A stretch of DNA of 64,000 nt from Eledone cirrhosa (Eukaryota): NCBI GenBank assembly GCA_964016885.1, contig OZ024742.1:49352001-49416000 (forward strand), read 5' to 3'. Both the position numbers and the translations under genes were made by a program. The notes beneath the pieces were generated by a model. That model was not told the origin of the DNA. It did no database searches and worked only from the letters and a program-made list of their open reading frames with translations. Shown here one piece after another: positions 53,795 through 64,000 of the stretch (position 1 is its first letter; each line of letters begins with the position of its first letter).

Positions 53795-54140
53795 TATATA
53801 CATACATATGTACATATGGGTTATGTCAAACACTAATAATAATGTTTGATTCATTTGTAAAGAAACGGCCCAATTTGAAGCTGTGCCGTGCCGATAACGG
53901 ATCATCACCTCTTTGTTCAACACTGGCTTTGAAGATCAATCAACATGTTTCTGGGCCATTACCCTTCATCAAGACTGTATACCTCTGCCAGTCTGTTGAA
54001 CGGTTGAAAATATATAGTATTTTCTTAAGTACACATTGGCTGAGTAGCCTCATTTACATACTGGCCATGCCGAAAGTTAAAAATAAAATTCGAATTTTAT
54101 TTCTCAATCTAGCACAGCTGATACATAAATGTAAGTATGC
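53471..54140 (-). mobile_element. Older partial tandem (434-bp period) with decayed hammerheads; homologous to the 529-bp family
   Basis: tcacct(g/c)tttgttcaacactgg at 53471 and 53905. Minus-strand motifs at 53504-53542 and 53938-53976: consensus AGTC TTGATGA AGGGT AATG RCCC W GAAAC AY GTT GACT. Confidence 0.75.
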
Positions 54141-55020
54141 ACACACACACATATATATATACACACATATATATAGATATACATATTAATTTCCTCTCAT
54201 ATCCCCTGAGCTTTAAAATAATTTTCCTGTTGTATATGTTTCTATCATTTTTTCTGCAACTTTGCTAATTTCAACACATTCACGTTGCTATCTGTATGAC
54301 CTACCATCACTAATTCTTGGCTTATTTATGCTCTTCGATCCCCTTAAATTCCTGCACCTCAGATTGCACAACTGGATTAAGAGTAAAGAATAGGGCAGAT
54401 TCTACATCCACATTATATATATATATGAATAAAGTTAGTCCTTCATCAGTGATCTTCCAACCATCATTGGTATTTCATCGCTTTAAAGACCATATACCTC
54501 CGGTTGGTGCGAGCAACGGCTAAAAAAAGTCGTTGGGACATGTAAATAAAGGGGACACGAGTGTAAACAAACAAAAATGGTGAAGCAACGAAAAGTGAGG
54601 AAGAAGGAGTCAAGTCCCAAATTTCTATGAATTTAAATTTGGTGAAATCGTGAATGAGAGAGAATAAAATACACATAAATGTAATCTGAATTTTTCAAAT
54701 ATTAATAATAACATTCGATTCGTTTGCAATTATGCAAACAAGCCTTATTTTTAAAGCCATATCGGTAGAATGAACCCTTCATTCTTGCTCTTGTGTTGGC
54801 ATGTAAATATATATTTATATATATGTATATATACATATATATGCATATATACATATACATACATACATACACACAGACATCAAAGTATGAAAAATAGACA
54901 TCCTGACCCACAATTCTTCAAAATGGTTGACTAGCACACATGTATTCCCTCTAAATAAAATCTTTTTCTTAATCGCGCCTGTCATTGTAATTGTATTTTT
55001 TATTTTATCTGTCATTCTAT

Positions 55021-55054
55021 CTTCTGATGAAGGACTAACATCCAAAGTGTTAAG
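55021..55054 (+). ncRNA. Degenerate minimal hammerhead relic (inverted partial copy at ~54434-54450)
   Basis: CTT CTGATGA AGGA CTAACA TCC AAAG TGTT AAG. The GAAA motif is decayed. Confidence 0.4.
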
Positions 55055-56185
55055 TTTCGTTTTCTACTGTATCAAGTGTTAAACTAATATATATCTTCAT
55101 TGTACTTTATCATTCCACTGTGTGTTTGTTTTTCATTTACTTTTTGTATGCAGACACACATGCACACACACACACACGTATATGAGTATGTGTGTGTATT
55201 TTACATCTCTGTAAGAATGCATGTATTTCTGTGTTTACCTCTGTAATTCTCAATAAAATATTATGCAGAAATTTATATGATGGTGATTCAGTTTTTTCAT
55301 CATTCTGTTTCAAAAAGAATAAATAGTTGTAGTTTAGTGCTGAGTGAATCCTTACCAAAGGTGCTCCAACCATGGCTTTCCCATCTTTTTATTTGCACTT
55401 TTAGATCATCGGATATTCAGGATTTCATTATTAAAACATGTTTATTACTAATATGATAAAGTTTTGTGATGACAGGAATATTTTGCTGTTATTGTAAGCA
55501 AGTCGCCTCAATCACAATGGTTTCTTCAGTGATACATATATTTTCTAATTTAGACACAAAACCAGCAAATTTTGGTGCAGAGGCATAGTTGATTTAATCA
55601 ACTACAGTTCATAACTGGGACTATCAAACACAGAAGTATGAAAGGTAAAGTTAATTTCAATGGGATTTGAACTCAGAATAGCTATTTTTCTGATAGTCTA
55701 CCAATCCACCACCCATATATGGATTCATATATTAACCAATATAAAGTGAAATCTGTGTTTCTATAATACATAGTTTTCAGACTCTTTGTAAGATAATGTA
55801 TTTGCTTCAGTATTGATCAGAATATTCTACTGTATAGAGAATTTCTACAATGTTCATTAACTATATTTGAAGCGTTTTATCTTAACTGACCTAACTGCAA
55901 CACGTTTCCTGCACATGCTGCATATAATTGTAATAGGTGTGCCATGAGGTACAGCAGTTGTTATAATTAAAAGGAAATCTGGAAGCTATATGAGAATCTG
56001 ATTCCAACTATACAAAAGACAGACATTAATAAAATGAAGAAAAAGCATTTTTGTATTGGAAATAATCAAATTACATGCGCAATTGTTGACTTTGACACAA
56101 ATTACACACTTAAACGCATATGCATATGCACTCACGTTTATACACATGCAATAGACTCACACACATACACACAACATACAAACAT

Positions 56186-56221
<36 letters not shown>

Positions 56222-56484
56222 TACACACAGCCATACACAACCACAGGCACACACACGTGTTTGGAACATATCTAAATCTGCTTGACACACTTTAGTTAAA
56301 TTTTAAACACAAATATTTGGATTTAGTTGACTGCTTCCTTTTCATACTGGTCACTGTGAACATCTCTGGTCTTCTTGCTCCATGAACTGTTATTTTCTTC
56401 AACAAAAGTGGGAGGAGTATATCACATCTGAGGAAGGAGTCCTGTGAGGTGGAATGGCTGATGCATCAAGTATCGCTTATTGTT

Positions 56485-56780
56485 CATCTTCATTATCATC
56501 ATTTTACATCCGCTTTTCCCGGCTTGCAAGGATGGAATGGGTCCTTTTCAGCACAGCATCTCTCCATTCGTCACAGTCCTTCGTCATCTCCTCCATGAGT
56601 TCAGCGATCTGAGATCAGCTCTCACCACCTCCGCCCATGTTTTTCGTGGTCTTCCTCTACTGTCTTCCTTCTACTGGGATTTCTTGGCACTTCTTTACCC
56701 AGCAGTCATCCTCCATGTGCATCACATGTCCATATCAATGCAGTCTGCTCCCCTTCACACTACAGCTTATCCCTCTTATA
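56485..56780 (-). mobile_element. RTE LINE 3' fragment whose terminus matches the SINE tail
   Basis: Minus translation YGHVMHMEDDCWVKKC...RGRPRKTWAEVVRADL. The 3' end ccttgcaagccgggaaaagcggatgtaaaatgatgat matches the SINE end at 43190-43235. Confidence 0.85.
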
Positions 56781-57049
56781 CACAGTTTCCATTGTTCTCC
56801 ATTGCAATTCCATCTTGTCTATAGTGTGCAACTGAAATATACCTCTTATACAAGGGCTGTAGACTTTACTAGTCTTTTCCTACTTACACTTACTTTTATT
56901 ATTTTGTTTTTCTTATATATTAAGAGATAAAGAATAAAAAGAAATTTTCACCAGTTCTAGTTGACCCAATGAGAGAGTTAATATATTGTTATTTGACATG
57001 ACAATTAATAGCCAAATATACTTTAATTCACATTATCATCATCATCATC

Positions 57050-57170
57050 ATTCTGAGTTCAAATCCCGCCGAGGTTAACTTTGCTTTTCATCCTTACGGG
57101 GTCGATAAAATAAAGTACCAGTAATGCACTGGATAATTGCTGGCCTAGTGTAAAAGGTAGAAACAGTTAT
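57050..57170 (+). mobile_element. SINE family B, 5'-truncated
   Basis: ctgagttcaaatcccgccgaggttaactttgcttttcatccttacggggtcg. Confidence 0.8.
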
Positions 57171-58879
57171 CATCATCATCATTATATTTCTTCATTCTTC
57201 CATGGTCTTATTCCAGTTCAGCACTTTAGACCAAGAAATCAGTAATTAATGATGACAAGTTTCTACCACAGCAGAAAAGTGTGTATGTATTTCAGCTTTA
57301 TAGCAAAGTTAGTATTTCTGAAAATGTTGTCCAGTTCATACTGTTTCTTATAACACCTGACACCGTGAGCAGTTTGTAATGTAGTAGTACAGCTACTATT
57401 GAGAATACACACATGTATATTACTATATATTGTGAATATAAATAGTCAATGTTTGCTCCCTTCCAAACCCTCTTTGGGATCTTGAGAAATGCTATCTTTC
57501 TGCGTCCATTCCTTGCTTTCCAAGGTAGGTCACAGGCCCATCGCCAGTTTTTGTGGCATGAAATAGAGACTGCAATATATTTTTTGAACAGGCCTCTCTA
57601 CCTAACACCTGAATGCACCCCTTGTTAACCCATGTGAAGGATGACACAATATGGTTCCTTTTCATTCCTCTCTCCATTTGCGCCAGTCACCAATCTGGTA
57701 TTTTCTCAAACACGCAAGGACCAGGCTCTTTTTAGAGGTGACCTTTACTCACCTCATCATAGTTACATTAATAGGTAGTGAAAGTTTTCTTGGGAGCTAC
57801 AGTTGTCACTCATTGCTCGATCTCCCTATTATTTTACTGCTGTTGGTCTGAGGTTGCTTATTCGTCTGGCAGCCTCCCTTCCCCTTATATCACAACTAAC
57901 CATCATATCTGGTAGCCATATTGCTATATGCCACCTGCACTCCATTCTCTTCAGATTAATTGGAGACAGTTGTTTATGACAGGACCCACTGGAAGGAGTA
58001 TTTGAAGATTCTGTCCCCACGACCATCTCAGGAATAAGTGGGTGAAGAGGAAGTGAATATATATATAGTAGGGCTGTTTCTATTGAGAAGTTAATACTGT
58101 AGTAGTATTGCTATACAATTGCAGTAGTATTTCTCCTATCAAGAATATAAAATACATTGCCTATATGTTTGAAATAATATTGAAAAGAATTTTTTTAATT
58201 TGAGGATTTTTCATAAAATAACTAGCATATTCAATAAAAATGTATTTGAAACATTTAACAAACATTTCTTTTAAAATATTATTATGGAAGTTTCTAATAT
58301 ACATATGTGCAATTTAAAATGGGCAGCTGTATATCATAAAACCAGAGCTGGTTTCAGGTGGATTGGTATTGTTTTCTGTTGAGGGTTGGTATTAATTATT
58401 GTGACTGGGAAGGTGAATGGCAAAGTCAAACCTGGCTTGACTTACAGGCAGAACGAAGAAGGCAATGATTTATCTAACACAATTCATAAGGTGCTGCACT
58501 AATTATCTTGTCATACACAGTTGTAGGTCATTTTGCTTTACGTTCCTTCAGGATTTATAAAGTAAACATCAGCCAAGTATTGATGTTTATGTAATTCACT
58601 CTGTTTTCTTTGTAATGATAATAACAATGAAAATGTGTAGTCTAACAACATTGAAACACCTATATACAAAAAGAAAACGTTTCAAGGACATTTTACTAAT
58701 TAAAACATGGATTAGAATTGCAGAGGCTCTATGCCTGACTTCATACTCATCATGTGGTCTTTTTGAGGTAATGTTTTACAACTGAGTGACCTTTTTTGGT
58801 GTCAACACTTTTAGATGGCTCTTATTGTAAACTAGATACTCACAGCAGTTGAAATATATATGTATATATAAATCTAATA

Positions 58880-59400
58880 TCATCGTCATCATCACAAGTG
58901 AATGTCTATTTTCCATGTATGCATAGATTAGATGGCCTGTCATGTACCTAGGCTAAACTTGTCAGATGATTGTCTTATTCGTAAGCACCAGTTTTGTCTT
59001 GATTTCTACAGTTGGATGCCTTTTCTAATGCCAACCATTTTATAGCATTTACTGACAAGATTTTATTGTTACTCTGGTACTCTCACTTTATAGGGTGGAC
59101 TGAGTGATTTTTTTTTTTTGACTTGTCGCATGCACTAACACCTTCCAAGGTGGACTGCATGTTTTTTTATCATAACTCCAGCACTAGAACTTAACCAAGT
59201 TAGCTGGATGTATTTTATCATGGCACCAGCAAGTACTACAACTTAACAGGGTGGGTTGGATGCATTTTATTGTGACACCAGGACTACCACATAACAGAGT
59301 GTACTTGGTGTATTTTATTGTGGCACCAGCAGTACCTATTTACAGTGTGGGCCAGGTACATTTTATCATTGCCCAGCACTATCTCATTACAACAAGCATA
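58880..59400 (-). mobile_element. RTE-3'UTR/SINE-A-like element with expanded ~45-bp internal tandem repeat
   Basis: ttctacagttggatgcc followed by about 6-7 diverged ttttatcatggcaccagcact...gggtgg units. A similar plus-strand element lies at 35215-35545. Confidence 0.6.
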
Positions 59401-60599
59401 TATTAGTGTAAATAAGAATTATATTGAAATATATTTTAATTAATGAATGTCTTATATTGAATCAATCAATATTTTTGCTAGCATTTTAAAATATGAGAGA
59501 TATTAACTTGAGATATTATTTCTTGTTATTTGATGAACTCTATCAAGTATTTTAATCTCAAAGCCAACTAAATTAACCGCAAATGGTAAGTAAAAACAAA
59601 ATATGAAGGGTGATATATCATGATGTGTGATAAAAAAAAAATCATTAAGTAATTACATACGAACTAATATTAATGAGATATTTTAAAATCTTCAGTTGAT
59701 GTAATTGTAATTAAAAAATACTTTTAAAAACAGATCCACTTCCTTTAAAATGTCAGAAAATATGGTATCATTATAGAAATGTAATTAAATTTCTAACTTC
59801 GTCATATTTTCTCAAGTGCAAAATGATATTTCCTACTTCTGTGCATAGTATGTTGTCAAGCAGGTGTTATTCAGCTACAGATCAAGTTTCAGATATACAT
59901 TTACCAAGGTTCTGTCAGTACGTACCAATAATCAGTTCTACCTACTCCGGATCTGAAGCTTCCTATCTGCTCTTTTAGTCACTGCCAGAATCTTATTCCA
60001 TCAATAATAAAGATTTATGATAGAGAAAAAAGTAAGGTGAAAATATTCCCCCACAGAATTGGCAAACACACAGATATTTTCAATTTTATGATGGGTAGAG
60101 TGCTTGACTTCTGATCTACAAATCAAACGTTCAAGCTGTGACCACTCACTAACAATGTTAAGATATTTGGCAGTGAATACTCATCTATTTACTTCAGTTC
60201 ATTATGCTGAATAATCAGTACCGCATTCCAGCATTCTTGTTTTACTGTTGAATACTTGCCATTGGAAAAAAGTATTGTTATAAAACATATTTTTTGTATG
60301 GCAAAGAATTAACTCTTAGTATCCTATAATGCTTTCAGCAGAAAATATTTTTAAATGGGTTTGTTAATTCAAATGTTTATATTATCTTTGTTTGTGGATA
60401 AATCATTGTGAACATTTACTGTATTAGCACATTAACATCCTGTCGGGATTTTGCAGAAAATATCGAAAAATGTGTTTGTTAATTCAAATATCAATAGTAT
60501 ATTTTACTAGTGGACAGATTGTTGTAGAAAATTATAATATTACAATGAAGGCATTTATTTTAATGCATAGGAGTTGTAGTAATATTTTGTAAATATTTG

Positions 60600-60788
60600 A
60601 ATTGGCAGTATCGGTAGAGCATCAGGCACCATGCTTTACAGCATAGAGTTATGACCCTTTACGTTATGGGTTCAAATCCCTCCGAGTTTAACTTTGCCTT
60701 TCATCCATACGGGGTCGATAAAATAAAGTACCAGTAATGCTCTGGGATAATTGCTGCCCTTGTGCCAAAAAGTAGCAACAATTATTAA
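60600..60788 (+). mobile_element. SINE family B
   Basis: Same A/B boxes and CORE-like segment. Confidence 0.85.
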
Positions 60789-61338
60789 TATGCAACCATT
60801 ATAGCTGTTTCCAGCCAAGGTATCAGCTACCAAATGTTTCTAAATGGCATCCAAAAGTATTAATACTTTATGGCAAATTCACAGATCTGTGTTGTTACAT
60901 TTGGTACAATCATGAGTAATATTATTATTATTACCATTCTCATTATCACTAATTTTATTTTCATTGCATGTTCTCATTATATTACCAAACACAGCTCTGT
61001 GTGCCTTGGATATATGTAGTGTTACTTATGGTGGTGCTGTTCTATTGTATTTGTAAGATATGAGGATTTTGTTATGTATCTGTCTGTGTTTGTTTTTTAA
61101 TCATTCCCAGAGTACCTATTATTAGAAAGCTTGCTTTTGTTTTCATTATCAACCTGGTCAGTTGGCTTTGATCTCCTGTCTATGTGTATTGACATATCAG
61201 AGTATGGTTGCTTTGTCATTCTCTGACACCTTTTTTTGGTGGGTATGTTTGTACCACCTTTTTTCTGTTAGTATTTCATAGTGTTAGAATAAATTTCAGT
61301 GTATATGAAAGCCCCAAATTACTATTATTATTTTTGTA

Positions 61339-61530
61339 GGGAGGTGGATTGGCAGTATCGGTAGAGGGTGGAACGCCATGCTTTGCAGAACAGTTACGTC
61401 CCTTTACGGACTGAGTTCAAATCCCGCCGAGGTTAACTTTGCCTTTCATCCTTACGGGGTCGATAAAATAAAGTACTAGTTATACCCTGAGATAATTGCT
61501 GGCCTTGTGCCTAAAGTAGAAACAATTATT
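61339..61530 (+). mobile_element. SINE family B
   Basis: Same A/B boxes and CORE-like segment. Confidence 0.85.
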
Positions 61531-61618
61531 TTTGTTGGTGTTGTTAATGTTTTCCGTCTGCTTCTGTCTTATTTCCCACCCTTAAACATGTTTGTTTACT
61601 CAGCCGTTTGTTTCCTGA

Positions 61619-61657
<39 letters not shown>

Positions 61658-62094
61658 CACACACACACGCACACACACCTTACATTGTATCTGTCCAAAT
61701 ATTCTATCTTAATATTCTTTCATTGCATCAATCTCATCTAACTTATTTATACCACCACCCTTCCACAATCACTATCATTCTCGCAGTGTCTTAAGACTTC
61801 CCTTTAACTCCCACATTCCACCACCAACTTTGCTGTCTGTTAATATTGGATCATTCACTTAATTAGTTTCCATTCCTTTGATTGATGCTGTAGTCTAAAG
61901 ACTTTATTCTAATATTGGTTGAGAGCAATATTAGAATTTGACGTTTATCTCCAGCGACAACGGCAGACAAGTATTTGCATAGATTAACATACACATGCAT
62001 GATATAACCTCATACATAAGCATGTGTCACACACACACATATATATATATATATACTTGTGTTTGTGTGTGTTGTATAAATATATATATATATA

Positions 62095-62420
62095 TCATCA
62101 TTTCATTTTACGTCCAGTTTTTCCCTGCTTGCAAGGGTGGGACGGGAACTGATTCTGGCTTGATTTCTACAGCTGGATGCCCTTCCTAACACCAACCTCA
62201 TTTACTGTGAGTGCTGGGTGCTTTTTTGCCGTGGCACCTCCACGACCACTTTGCAGTGGAATGATAGAGACCCCTGTCCCTATCATATCATTTCTACAGC
62301 TGAGTAAACTGGAGCATTGTGAAATAAAGTGTCTTGCTCAAGGAAACAACACATCACTGGGTCTGAGAATTGAACTCACAACCTTTCGATTGCAAGGCCA
62401 ATGCTCTAACCACTAAGCCA
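62095..62420 (-). mobile_element. tRNA-derived SINE family A
   Basis: Reverse complement of the 42843-43235 family. Confidence 0.88.
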
Positions 62421-62650
62421 TATACATATACACACGCACACACACACATATATACATGCATAGACACACACATATATATACTCAGATATATGTGTTATCT
62501 GTGTGTATATATGTGTGTCTGCATATGTACATAGTAAAATCATGTGTATACTCTATGACACTTACAGCCATATGACATGTGCATTATACATGTCAACACA
62601 TACACACTCACTTATATATGTATGTGTCTATAAACTGCACAAACCTGCAC

Positions 62651-62700
<50 letters not shown>

Positions 62701-62756
62701 ATTTGTATGTATACATACATCCCAGTGTGAACAAAGAGTATATTAAGTAGTTCATA

Positions 62757-62991
62757 TTAGCCCTTTTGATAACAAACTTCCCGAAACAGTCACTAGTTAT
62801 ATAATACTAAAGGGTTTATTTTAAAGTGTTTATATTTTTCTAAAACATTTCAATCCTGATATTATGTGAAGCATGCTTTAAACACCAGATAAATAACGAG
62901 GAAATAATGTATGTTACTAAATTCTTTCAAGTTCTTTCTTTTCAAAAGTATTTGAAAATCATAGGCAATGTTTTTCTTAAGAAAGGGTTAA
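62757..62991 (+). mobile_element. TTAA-ended piggyBac-type MITE (other copies at ~13655-13892, 51330-51551, 45300-45470, 12347)
   Basis: Ends tta(g/a)cccttt ... aaagggttaa. Shared internal sequence among copies. Confidence 0.55.
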
Positions 62992-63487
62992 AAGAAGTGT
63001 AATTTAGTACTTCTATTGAGAATTGAAAACTTCACAAATCTTTTCCCTGAGGTTCTTCTTTCTGATCTTCAAACAATTGTGATCAATTGATCCAGGGGAA
63101 TCAGTGTGTAATGGAACATGTAGAAGAAAGTATTTGAATATCATAAGTTTTGATTTGGATCTGAAAAAAAGTTAGATCTTTTTCATTCACTTAAAGCAAC
63201 TATTTGAAAAATCGTTTTAAAGGACCATTTTAGAAAAATAATAAGCTGATAAATATAGATAATTATATAAAAATAAGTGCAAACTGGTGAGTCAATTGCA
63301 AATATGATGTATTGTGTATGTAAATAGGATCAAAATTAAACATATAAGTTGATAAAGGTATAATTGAAATATGCAGATAAAATTATGCAAAGCATTCAAG
63401 TCGGCAGTAAGGAACTAAAATAAAATGAATAAACAAACACACACACACACACGTGTGTATATATAAATATACACACACACACACATA

Positions 63488-63832
<345 letters not shown>

Positions 63833-64000
63833 TATATTGGTGGGGATTTTTGGTTACAGAAACATGCAATATTTGTGAAATCCAATATTTTAATATAATT
63901 TTTACTGCTTATGATACTCTCTGTTTAGGGACTTACAGTTGAAGAATAGATATTTAGGAGCATGGCTACCAGATTACAAATGCTGAATTTGATGTTCACA

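Noticed and set aside
57490-58055. GC-richer block, possible LINE 5' UTR
   Set aside because: No diagnostic motif or second copy in the window.

Overview
AT-rich, microsatellite-saturated eukaryotic DNA with no intact protein-coding gene visible. The SINE/RTE repertoire and (TA)n density suggest an octopus-like cephalopod (inference), probably inside a very long intron or intergenic desert. Most ORF-track entries are (TA)n/(CA)n artefacts. Real coding remnants are all retroelements: four copies of an RTE LINE (a PHD-type C4HC3 finger inside the RT is visible in two), several other RTE fragments, a CR1-type LINE, and two Penelope-like element (PLE) fragments with Hydra-clade signatures. There are also two tRNA-derived SINE families, TTAA MITEs and a possible Helitron/Helentron relic. 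The main hidden signal is a set of about nine unrelated, short non-coding elements, mostly at (TA)n tracts, arranged as partial tandems (591, 529, 434 bp periods) or head-to-head palindromes. Each carries a type I hammerhead-like fold that can be read by eye. Three use a compensatory U3-A8 core, one a conserved U4A core, and most have a palindromic stem III. They look like a non-autonomous PLE/retrozyme system mobilised by the Hydra-type PLE, which has the same hammerhead architecture. A candidate recursive splice site (AG|GTAAGT plus a 56-nt exon) lies at 32.76 kb. All folds were read manually and are untested.
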